From positions 353,143 to 417,142 of the forward strand of contig NMRA01000274.1 of NCBI GenBank assembly GCA_002633005.1: DNA of 64,000 bases. The letters run 5' to 3'. The number at the start of each line of letters is the position of its first letter. Position 1 is the first letter of the stretch. This document shows positions 47,471-59,248 of the stretch, piece by piece. Under the pieces are notes generated by a model. It did no database searches. It was not told where the DNA came from and was given only the letters and a program-made list of their open reading frames with translations. A program made the position numbers and the translations under genes. The DNA is from Phoronis australis (taxonomy: Eukaryota; Animalia; Phoronida).

Positions 47471-48939
47471 TTATTGCCATTTGATTTTCATCAGCAACAA
47501 ATTAAAAGTCTATTGTTGTCTGAGCTGCTTAGTGCATAATGTACACACTGGGTAGACTAAAGTTCAACAGTTGTCTGGCGGCTAGCAAAGTCTTGCTTTT
47601 TTTGCGAGGTTCTAACAAGGTCCTAGAGTTATACTGAACTCTACCCTGCTCGACTGCTTCAAGGACGTACATACATGGTTGCTGCACAAGCTAGGTCATG
47701 GCACGAGGATGGTGAGTCAGTCTATCAGCTGACTGAAGAACGTGATTAGGCTGTAAAGCAATCAGCCAAATATAATAAATCAATGCTATAAATATACTTT
47801 AGGAAAACATTGAAAAATATGTACAATTTGCAACTCAAAATAGAACGGAGACAGAGACCTCCTTTTCATGTATCGGCCAGCTCTGGTAGATCTACAAACT
47901 AAGCCTTAGTGTTGTTTGGATTGAACTGAGGTATAATGATTTACAGATTGGGTATTTTTAAGACCTGGGGCTCGACTTACGTCTAAAATTTGTCTCAATC
48001 TCCAAACTTTGAAACTTCCACATCCGGTAAGTTTGTCAAACTAAAGACAAAACTCAGTAGTCAAAAACTCAAGTCAAATTTAAGATTTATCTCAAAATTG
48101 ACTAAAATTTAAGATTTGTCTTAGTCAATTTTCTTGGAACGGGACCAAGTTCTGTTCAGCTGCTAAGGAGTATTTCGGTCTAAATTACATCTAAACCCAT
48201 AAGTCAGAGAACAGTCATTAACCCCATCATAAAGGCTGCATTCTATACCGTAATTTGACTATTTTGGGTGTTTTATATATATGTTTCATTTTTTCAAAAT
48301 CACCTTTACCGGTTAATTTCTTCCACGTGAGAATCCCTTCAAGTTCCGTATCCGGCCGATGCCAAAAATTCAGTGGAGATCGCGATCATGTCATCAAATG
48401 GTAAAAATGATAAAGGGAAAAAGTTGTATTTCGCCCTGTTTATCTGGTTAAATAACGGAAGTCGAATTAGGCGGCATTTTAGTTTCATGTAATCGGTCTC
48501 ATAAATAACAAAAAAATACTCTATACCGTGATACTAGGATCCCATTCCCGTTACCAAAAACTCAGCAACTTGGGTACGTGCGTTGGCCAACCTTAAAATT
48601 GCGAATTCGAAAATGTGCATGTATGCATTGCCTGCGACTTCGAGGTATGAAACCATTAATTTTTTTAGCCAGCTGAACAGGGTCGGGAAATTCAGCATAG
48701 TGATTGAATAAGTGATCATAATGTATGCTGCTGTACTGTTTTGACATTTGTTGAAGTCAATTGTAATCTGAGAACTAGTGATCATAATGTAAATTGTAAA
48801 TATGCTGCCGTACTGTTTTGCAAGTCAATTGTAATCTGAGAACCACTTTTATGAAATTCTATGTTTTTGTTACCATGACCGCGCGTTTCGTTGTTTTGAA
48901 GTAGCAAGTATGTGTGTGGATTTCCGAAACAGCCAAAGA

Positions 48940-49275
48940 ACGTGACTAACGTCATAATGAAGTCTGGAAAAATCCGGTTTTACCGCCTACGTCATCGTTC
49001 CTTAGTGCACTTCAAGCTATTTATAAAATCGTGTTACTACGACCCCTTCACATGTAATAACCTGTTTAGTGTAATTTTTATATTTAAAGATACAACTGAA
49101 AAATATAAAAATAGTTTTCATTATGAATTGAGTCTTTTTTAGAAAAACAATTGACGTCTAGTGTTTTTCAAGGCACAAAAGTTTAGTACTGTTTGATGAC
49201 GTCACGCGCAAGTACACAGTGAGAAGTCTTTCTACAAAATATAGTTCCTTTGATAAACAAACAGCGTCAGTTCGA
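48940..49275 (+). promoter_or_regulatory. Putative promoter: clustered CRE/ATF sites plus Inr
   Basis: TGACGTCA at 49197-49204, TGACGTC at 49152, half sites aCGTCAt at about 48949 and 48989, and Inr-like TCAGTT at 49267-49272. The G/T skew begins just downstream. Confidence 0.45.
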
Positions 49276-52200
49276 CGCAATGGGTCTGAGGCTGCGGGTG
49301 GAATCTTGTGTATCTGGAGGACGGAGCAGGACTTGTTCATATTTCTATTAGTCTTTCTTGTTTCAGTCCAGATCTTTGCGTTGATCTCATATTATCTAGT
49401 GTTCTTCTCTGATGTAGTTGAATTTCGGTTCAGTGGTATTCTGATTTTGATGATGTTGAGAGGTTGTTGGATGCTGAGTGATGACGTTTTCCGAGGATTG
49501 AGATTCTGAGAACTGATATTATTAAACCGACTAAAGACAGTGTTGATTTCAATTGCAGTTAAATACATGATCGGTACAATGAACTAGCAAAAAATTGCGC
49601 GTTGAAGTTGGCGTAAACTGATATTCAAACTTTCTGATCCCTTAGGTTAATACGGTGAAGAAGATCCGACGAATATAAGAACAGGTTAATATTAATTTTT
49701 GTATTGAAGTCTGATTAGGATTTCTGGTGTAATGCGAGTTAACAGTAGCAGTGACGAATCTGAAGCTTAAATGAAAAGTTGGATGCAGATGTTTATGCCT
49801 GTCTGTTTTTTTAAGTCGTTATTAATTACATTTGTTGATCTTAAATTCAAACGTTATGAATGAATTATCAAACCTAAATATCATGATTTTCTCAACTAAA
49901 ATTTTTTGTTTGTAGGTCTATGGACTGTGTTCATCTAAAAGAAACAAATGTTTGTGTCGAAAGATAAGTAGTGTAATGTTCCCCTTTTTGGTTAATTTGG
50001 TACATTGTGTAATTGTTAAGTTGTGAGTAATAATAACAATATTTTTTTTAACTTTTAAGATTTGTTTTGTTTCAAGTGGGGTATTTTGGGGGGGGTGTGT
50101 CTACATTTATTCTTCAGGCCACCACCTGGCACCTGTGAAGTCTAGTTCCTGTCGTTTTTGTCTCGTCTACCTGCTTACTGGTTTGCTCACCACCTGGTTC
50201 TGCTGTTGCGATTTTTTGTGTCTTGCCAAAGTTCCTGTCAGCCTGTGCACTGAGGGTTCTCCAAACTCCTGCATTGTCATACTGGCATCTGTCAAAAGTT
50301 TGGTACGCCATAGCTTGATCTGGCTCGTTGGTCTTGTGCCTTGTGTGTATAGAATCCTGTCCTGGTAAGGATTTTGCTCCAAAACGTGAAACAAATTTTG
50401 ATTTAACTGCCTTGAAAATGTGTTATTTTACTTAAAGATGGGTCAAAGACTTTAAATTGCTAATCAAGCATTGGTTCTGATATTCGTGAAATGCCAAAAC
50501 ATAACATTCTGCATCTTGACTAAACTAGAGTTATATAAAATGCAAGAGGTGCATTGGATTTCCCTGTCCTAGGCTAAGAACGAGAAACTGACGAATCCGA
50601 CTGGAAAGAGGACCTTTGTCCAAAAGATGGAAATTTATTCAGAAGTCCTGATGTATTCCTTCCGTTATGTTAATGTTACTTTCTTTAGCCATTTGCATAT
50701 GTAATAAAAGGTCTTTTACATTTTCTTCAAAAAAGGAGAGAAGTGTGTAACCATTTTGGAATAATGTGAACTAAGGGGTTACAGTGGGGGGGAAATTTGT
50801 CATTTTCTTTTCTTCAGCCCTACATGAGAAATGAAGATTTCCGGTCTAAATTTCCGTTGCAAGCACCATTCCACGCACGTCTACATCTTGCTTTGCCCTC
50901 AATGTTGAACAGCAGAAGGTCTAACTTGCGCGTTCACTGCCCAGCATCGGTACAGAGGACACTCAATTAACAACTTAACCCTTTGCTTGATTTGGTTACT
51001 CTGAAGACTGGATGGTTTTGATTTGGTTCCACCGTGAATGGCGGGTAATCTGTTGGATCAATTTCTTAACCACGTTTTATTCAATCTTGCATGATTAATT
51101 CTGATTTGATCAGGACTAGCTGAAAATACAAGATCAAGCATTGGTTTAATTCTGTATAACAGGGTAAAGTTCATTACAGTAACCTACATGTACACGAGAT
51201 GTTAATGAAAACCAATTAAATCTGTTAAAAGGGATGGGGGTGATAAAATTTTCTTGAGCAGGTTTGAAGCAGTGATCCAGAAAAACTAAGGACTAGATGG
51301 CGGAACTCTTAGGACGCATGAGTGCTTTCCTGGAAACGTGTCGGCCTCTGAAATGACGTTCGTTGGGTGTTTGCACTTCAGGTCACTCTGTTCATTTAAA
51401 ACTTTTTTGTTTTACTTTCGTTGTAGAGGTGTGCATACTGGTTCTTAAATAACCTACAATTGCAGAACATAAAGAGTTCAATTGCATGTTCAAAATAATC
51501 AGTTCCTAACTTGTAAACCAGATAAATTAAGAATGGGTGTATGTGGGGGGCTGTATCTTCTTTTCTTCAGGCTTTCATCTCTGACGTCTAGTCCCCGTCT
51601 TGTTTTTTTTTGTGTTGCCTGGTTTGCTGCCAAGGCTTGCTCTCTACCTGGCTTTACATATAAAGAGAGGAAAGGTGGTCCTGTGTGTTTTCAGTATGAG
51701 ACTTAAACCTGCCCATCTCTACTGCGGTCGCCTACTCTTCAGCCACCACAGACTTGCCAAGGCTTAAATTTGGTTCGTGATTTTTGTGAACATCTCCTTT
51801 GTTTGCAGTTCTGGTAGTAAAGTGAATCGCGACATTTGTAAATGCTAACTGCACTGCTAAGCTGATTATTAGATAGGCATTAATCAAATTTCTGATAATT
51901 TCAGAGTGATCAATAATGTTAAAAACTTTTTCTGCTTTAGAAATGTTTTTGTTGTTAAACAAGGTTGGGTGGGCGGGTTTAATATTTTGTACAGGTAAAT
52001 ACTGATGGATGTCTTGAGAGAAAAAGATGCAGCATTCGAAAAATGAAGTGTGTACGTTTGAGGAATCCACTCTGGCCGTCCAGTGAATAGCCCTGGTTGA
52101 CATCACTAGGTTTCAGCTTCTTGAATGAGTGAAAGTAAAGCACAAGATGGGTATTTTTTTGCATATTTCAAACAGTTGAGTCTTCTAGTGCATTCTGTTT

Positions 52201-54199
52201 ACACTGAAATAATTTGCATAAATGTCGAATTGCTAATTGGGTATGGGGGGCCTCTAATATTGCTATTTCTTGCATGTGGAAGGTTAATCCTGTGAACCCC
52301 ACAGGCGTCATTGGCTAGTGACATGTCTTTTGTCCTGTATCGTGGACTTGTGGAATTCAAGTACAGTACTCCTGTTGTCAAAACTTCGGTTGGTAAGATG
52401 CATGTAATTTTTCTAGAAGCGTCTTCAATAGACAGTATTCCATAAATAATTCTTCAAAGTAGGCAATACATATTTTAAGTTGACGTGATTAGATGTTAAT
52501 AAAGAATGATAAAGGAAAGGTGGGTGCGTTTAATATCTCTATAGGTCAGTTGATGGTGATTGGAAGATCTTTGAAGGAACTTTGTGTGTGTAGTCTGTTC
52601 CAGAAAGTCAAATAGTTTCCTTTATAAATAATGATATATTAAACATAAACATATTGATGTCAAAATTTCATTTCATCTTTGTCATTAGGCGCGATCCTAA
52701 TTGTACAGTCGAAATGTTTAAGTGAATTGCTGGGGAGGGCATAGTTGTAATTTTTCTGCAGGTCTGGTCAAGTGAAACCTATTGAGTGAAAAAGACTAAT
52801 GAAAGCAGTTCTCTGGTGTGCAAGTGTATGCAGTAAGCTTTTATTTCTGTAGATGGTTGATCTTGTGTGCAGTAGTGACTTAATGTTCCTGGCATAGCTT
52901 AAATTAAAGCCTGATTGTTTATTTTACTTAAATCAATTAATGTTCTCATCTGCTTAACAATTATAGTTCACTTCTGTGTTTGGTGTATCACTATTTTTTG
53001 TTATGGTCTAAAAAGTAGCATGTTAATTCTGTCACCGTGCCACATGGCACATTGTTCTCTATGCTTCTCTTGGGTAGCTATTTAGAACAGGTGCTGTAGC
53101 TTGTTGTGCGTCAACCTCTGCCTCTACCCACACCTAAGTGTAACAGCCACGAGTCCGTTTGAGGTATTTGTTATGGTTTCTGTTAACTCTGTTGTTGATA
53201 CGTGTATTAAAATCATGTTAGTTGCCATCTTCTGTGAAGCTTAAGTTAATGGAAAATTTCGCATCGTTGGCATGTTCTAATTCTCACCCATTCCGGTGTG
53301 TCACTTATGGTAGTCCATCAACTGCACTTAGCTTTCATTGGGTTCTTAACATTTAACTTAAAACCACATACACGAGAAACGTGTTGCATTGGCTGTAAAT
53401 GTAATAACTAAGCTTGAACTTTGTTACTGTTGTGCAAGTGTTCAGTTAAGATAAAAGGTGATGACATAATGTAAGCAAGAAGAAATGTCTCTGGGGAGGA
53501 GCGCGGAGTGCTTTTTTCAGAAAAATGCCCACCTTGTTCGAAGATGGAATTGAAATCTGCCAACTAAGTCGCTCGAAAAGAAGACGAAGAGATGCATATC
53601 ATCTTGCCGAATGGGCCTATTAGTTGTTTTCTTGAGCATGAATCCTGACACTTAATGAACACAGGTACCAATAGTTAAGTCGATCTGTTGAGTGTGCAGC
53701 AATTAAAATTTATGTTCCGGAAAGCTTATAATAAGTGATGTGAATTGTTCTGAAAAGTTGCTAAAAATGTACCATGAGATAAATCGAGCAGTTAATATTT
53801 GACTTCCAAGTTGTCTGTTTTGCTAAAGTGATAAATTTGCGTATGCATTGTTTGGAGCGAGGTGAACTTTTTCAGAAAAAATTCAGTGATGTAGTCGGGA
53901 GGAAGGAAACCGAGCCGAAAGTCGGAATTTATGAAAACAAAATATGCGTTCACAAGACTAAAAGCTACAGCGTGTTCTAAGGTAAACCCTACTTGAAGTT
54001 ACGAAGCGGTCAAAGCCAGTGTTCTTGAGAGGTTGGGACGTTTGTTGGAATATTTATTCAGTACTTGAAACATTTGGTGTATGATGAGAGCTTAAAGTAT
54101 TGAGATCTTGCATGTACGTGATTAACCAAAAAGTCTTGTTAGTTGAAGTATGATCGAAAGTAAAAAGTGGAGATAAAAGCGCATTGAATCTATTGAAAC

Positions 54200-57100
54200 G
54201 TTTTCGTGCTGTGTTTGTCGAGTTGGTGGTAACCTAATTTTCAGTGAAAGATGCGGAAGCTGTGGAAGAAATGTTGAAAGTAAGAATACATGTAAAGAAA
54301 CCCTTGTCTTCGAATCCCAGTGTTAATGCGGTAATTTCAAAGTAACCAGCGATGAAACAGGTATCTGTAGTTTTAAAATATCGTTTTCCTTTTGTTCGTT
54401 ATCGATGGAAATGGCTTTAAAGGTGGAACTCAACATTCTGATATAAACCTCGGATATTCAATGACAAGTCGATGTCTAAACCCAAGTTATCTTGCCAGAA
54501 ATTGATCGTAAATAGTTAACGTGGTATTAAAATGTTAGTGGACTGTGGAGTTGGTAGAAATATCGTTTTCAGAGAAAGTCGTGAAAAGTATCGTTTGCAG
54601 AGAAAGTTGCGAAAAGACGAAGAAATATTGAAAGCTACTCTACATAAAGAAACGCTCGTTTTGGAATTCCGGAGTTGATGCGGTAATTTCTGATAACATC
54701 TATCTAGATGTGTGTTCCAAGTTAAATGTTTTCCTTCTGTTTGGTGTAAAATGGAATCAAAAAGTGCTATACTAGAACCTAATGTTTTGAGTCTTCAGTC
54801 GTTGACGAGTTAACAAGTGGACTTGAGTGTTCTTGGCAGAAATTGGAAGCATATATAATGAGTGTTTTCAGTCAGTTGCTATTGGAAAGCTTTTGGACTA
54901 TGTGTGGAGTTGGTAGATATCATTTTCAGTGAAAGTTTCAAGTAATAGAAGAGATCTTGAAAGCCAGAATCTCCATAAAGAATCCCTCGTCTCAGAGTCC
55001 CAGAGTTAATGCTGTATTTTGTAAGCGCCCAGTACAGTCTGTAATTACAGGTATCAAGTTATGAAATTTTTTTTCTTGTACTTATAAATGGAATAAAGTG
55101 CATCGCCATAATCAATAAGCTCGATTCTTCATTAACAAGTTAACACCTTGAACAAACTGATCCTAACAGAAGTTTACAGACTTAAAATAATTCAGCGTTG
55201 TCATTCTTGTGTTGGTCATTGCAATAGTTCTGGATTGCTTGTGGAGTTGGTAACAGCGTCATTTTTCAGTGAAGTTTTCATTAAACCATGGAAGAATAAA
55301 GCCAGAAAATGCAAAGGTTATGTCGATGGGGGTGACTACAAAACAAACAGCTCCAGAGGGTTGGAGGTATTGAAAATTTGTCAGCAGCTTGACCCAGGTG
55401 ATGTTGAGAAGTGTAAAGTTGAATTTAAAGTCTTCATTCAACAGCTTAACAAAAGTGATCTTGATGGAAGTTAAAAAGAAAGTATAATTCAACGTTCCAA
55501 TTCTGGTAGTCATTTGAAGTGTTTTTGGACTGTTTGTGGAGTTGGTAGCAATATCATTTTTCAGTGAAACTTCCGTTAAACCATAGAAGAAGTGAAAGCC
55601 AGAATCGACAAAAAGATAACGCCGTCTCGATCTCCAAAGATAGCGCAATAGTTGTCAGCATCAAGTCCTGTAATTATCTGGTTGGTGGACCTGCTTAAGA
55701 TGATGTGTACCTCAAAATCAGTTTCATTTCGCTTAGTGTTTTGACGAAAAACCTTACAGATCTAATGGGCTCAAGGTATTGAAAATTTGTCAGCTGTTTT
55801 ACTTAAGTGATGTTGCTGAACTATAAAAGTTCTAATTAAAGCCTTCATTAACAAGTCTACTAAACCTAAGTGATCTTGTCAGAAGTTCAAGGAAAACATA
55901 ATTCAACGTTCCAATTATGGTAGTCATTTGAAGTGTTTTTGGACTGTGTGTGGAGTTGGTAGCAATACCATTTTTCAGTGAAGCTTCCGTTAAACCATAG
56001 AAGAAATGAAAGCCAGAATCGACGAAAACAACGCCGTCTCGATCTCCAAAGATAGCGCAATAGTTGTCAGCTTCAAGTCCTGTAATTATCTGGTTGGTGG
56101 ACCTGCTTAAGATGATGTGTACCTCAAAATCAGTTTCATTTCGCTTAGTGTTTTGACGAAAAACCTTACAGATCTAATGGGCTCAAGGTATTGAAAATTT
56201 GTCAGCTGTTTGACCTAAGTGATGTTGCTGAACTATAAAAAATCTAATTAAAGCCTTCATTAACAAGTCTACTAAACCTAAGTGATCTTGTCAGAAGTTC
56301 AAGGAAAACAAAACTACTCTGTGTTAACTAGTAGTCACTGGCATGTTTTTGGACTGTGTGCTTGTGGAGTGGTAGCGGTGTCATTTTTCAGTGATAGTCA
56401 TTAAATCGGTGAAAACTAAAGCCTGATTCTACAAAAGATGGCCGTCCTTCAACCCCAAAGGTAGCACGATAGTTAACAGCATCAAGTTGTGTAAAGAAGG
56501 TGTCTGCGGTTGGCTGACCTGCTTAAGGTGATGGTGTCCTTCAAAACGAGTTTCCTTTTTGCTTGGTGTAGACGAAAAGATCAAAAGGCTAACTCATCTA
56601 ACAGGCTCTCGAGGTATCATAAAATTTTCAACAGCTTGTCCTAAGTTATATCGCGGAAGTATAAAATATAAAGTCTTCCTTAACAAGTTGTCAGCTTTAC
56701 AAAATTGATCTCGTCAAAAATTAAAAGAAATTGTTAATGATGGGCGTCAATTCTGTAGTAGTCGTGCATGTTTTTGGATTGTGCTTGTGGAGTTTGTAGC
56801 AATGTCATTTTCAGTGAAAGACTAATTAAACCGTAGAAGAAAATGAAAACCAGAATCTACAAAAGCGTGGCATCTTGGAACCTCAAAGGTAGCTCAATAA
56901 TTATCGGTGTCAAGTCCTGTAATTGAGGTAGCTGTGGTAGTGAAACTACTTGAGAGGATGGTGTTCTTCAAAACGAAGTCCCTTCAATTTGGTGTTCATG
57001 GGTTGACCAAAAGGCGGATCTAGTGGGCTAAAGGTATAAAACTTGTCAACAGTGTTCAGCAGGCAGAAGTAAAAATTTGAAATAGCATGGTATTCTGATT

Positions 57101-57600
57101 CATTGGACTGTGCGAAGAAGGTGTCATTTTTCAGTGATAATTTGACAAAGCTACTGAAGAAAAAGAGATGAATATGAAAAATTCAACAGCTCTAAATGGA
57201 AGAGGTAACGGTAGTTTGTAAACGTACAATTAAAAGTGATTAACTAGTTTTGGAAGTTGTGGACTGATCATGGCACTTGCGGCGAAAATTTCACTCTTTA
57301 AGTAGGCTAATCTAAAAAGCTCGAGTAGAATAATACGATCAGGTGAAATCGGAACCTTCATTGAAGTGTTGAGTCTAAAGTGACTAAATGGGCATTAAAT
57401 AGACAAATGGTGATTCACTTGGTATTGAAATTGTTTAGACTAGTGTGTGGTGTTGGTAGCAATACCGTTTTTCAGTGAAACTGGAGAAATGCTGTAGTTT
57501 GAATGTAGTTGGAACTGGTGCTCGAGATAAAAATCTATAAAAGACTGAAGTGGATGTGAAAGGGAAGTCAAGGATGTGCAAAGTTTGAGGTATCTTGAGA
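54200..57600. repeat. Diverged tandem array of 10 units (295-423 bp) with conserved core GGACTGTGTGTGGAGTTGGTAGCAATATCATTTTTCAGTGA
   Basis: TTTTCAG anchors end at 54244, 54572, 54929, 55269, 55564, 55978, 56391, 56814, 57134 and 57475. The two central units (about 55480-56310) are nearly identical and the edge units are highly diverged. Confidence 0.88.
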
Positions 57601-58344
57601 AGAAACGCAAAATGAACGCCCCCTTGTGTTCTCAGCTACAAATTTCTAAGTGAGCAAGTAGGTCATTGTCAAGCGTATTATTTCATGAGTCAACTTTCTG
57701 AAAACAAAAATGTTCCAAGTTTGCCAATTAGCTTCAGTAAACTACATTGAATGTCTTTCGAGTGTAAAAAGTATTGGTGATTTTGTTACGTCTGTGATGT
57801 TGAAAATGATGCAAATGTGGGTGTAAGAGCAAGTTGGGTAGCTAGAGTGTTTTGCAGATAGGTGCAATGAAGTGTCTAGAACAGTTCCGGGTTGCTATTG
57901 CTGGAGTGGAAAAGTGATAAGTTCTGCTAATGTGATTCAAAAAGAGAAATGGCGTGTTGAATGAAGTAAACGACAAAGAATCTATAAAAGGAAAGGTTTT
58001 TCAAATGGAAGTTGGTGAATGATGGGTACTAAATGGCAGTTAACAGATGACGTGTGGAAGTAAAGCTAAATGAGCGTGGAATTTTGGAAGTCTGACAGAT
58101 AAGTCTTGTTCAAAGATAAGTCTTGTTCAAAGAATTATGAGCGCGGGTGGTTCGGTATGTTGTAGAATGTTCTTCAGTTACAAGTTGCAGACCTAATTGA
58201 GAGAATATGGTAGTCTGGTGATAATGTTATGTAAGTGATGGTTGTAAGGTGTTGTGTTTATGCTGTAAGCAAAAGTCGTGTAACAGTGTTGCATTCACGC
58301 GTTTTGGGATATGCTAGGGGTGTCTTTTCAGGTAGGGTTGCATA

Positions 58345-59030
58345 AACTACTGGGAGTAGGCCATTCCACATGTTAAATCTCCACATCTTAAGACTCGACT
58401 TCGAACCATGAATGGGTGAACTACAATGGTCGTCGACCAACTTGTCGATGGTGTCCCCTCCTGACGCAGCCAATTGTTTCCCTGTACAGAATGATGTCTC
58501 GGCAATTTAAAAAGGTTCTCACCCCTCGGTAATGACCCCCAGCACATGGTCCTCCTTCTCCGACACTATGGGCTCCCTACGACATCAAATCTATCCAACA
58601 CAAAGGTTTTTCGCCACCGTCCTAGGCTACGCGACACTTGGCTCCCGACGACGAATGCTATCGACGACGACCGACTGATCAACCAGTTAAACCAACAGGG
58701 TTCCACCACCAACTAAGCAACATAGTCCGCTACTACTATGGGGTCCCAACGACAACCAAACAAGTTGCCAGGAAGGGTTCCACCACCGAGACTACTGCCA
58801 CAATGGGTTCCCAACAACTCATCCAATGGGAAAGTTGACATCGCCACCATCATTACCACCACCACCATTATCACCACCACCACCACTCGATACTGCATTG
58901 ATATACTACAATAGGCTACCCGACGAGAACGTGCCCGACCTGCAGCCACGATTGTCCTGGTGTATACCGATTCCTCGGATTCCAACAATTACTATTTTGT
59001 AAAGGTTCATCTCGACTATTGACCACTAAA
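58345..59030. other. C-rich low-complexity block with recurring GG(G/C/T)TCC-ACCAC/ACGAC motifs and (CAC)n tract
   Basis: Motif copies at about 58570, 58640, 58698, 58740, 58774 and 58805. cac/cat repeats at 58845-58887. Confidence 0.6.
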
Positions 59031-59248
59031 TGTACGTTTCGTTAGGCTGTTAAAATAGCAATTCAAGAGTGTTCCAAGGGACATTATCTGTGTTCAACCA
59101 AAAAACATGCCATTATTGTTCGCATACAAGTCCAACCATTTATTAAGTGGAACTTTATTTAATGGAATTAAGCTTCTTCATCGGAATGTTAGATAGTGAC
59201 TGTGCTGATCTCGAAAATAACTTTCGTCGCCTGTAATGTTCCTTAAAG

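Noticed and set aside
49219-49509. Hydrophobic 96-aa ORF as a membrane protein
   Set aside because: It starts with GTG upstream of the putative Inr, and the hydrophobicity follows from the T-rich composition.
54200-57600. Array as a CRISPR-like repeat-spacer locus or a protein-repeat gene
   Set aside because: The 'spacers' are 250-380 bp and mutually homologous. No reading frame is conserved between units, so ORFs 55148-55474 and 55259-55648 look incidental.
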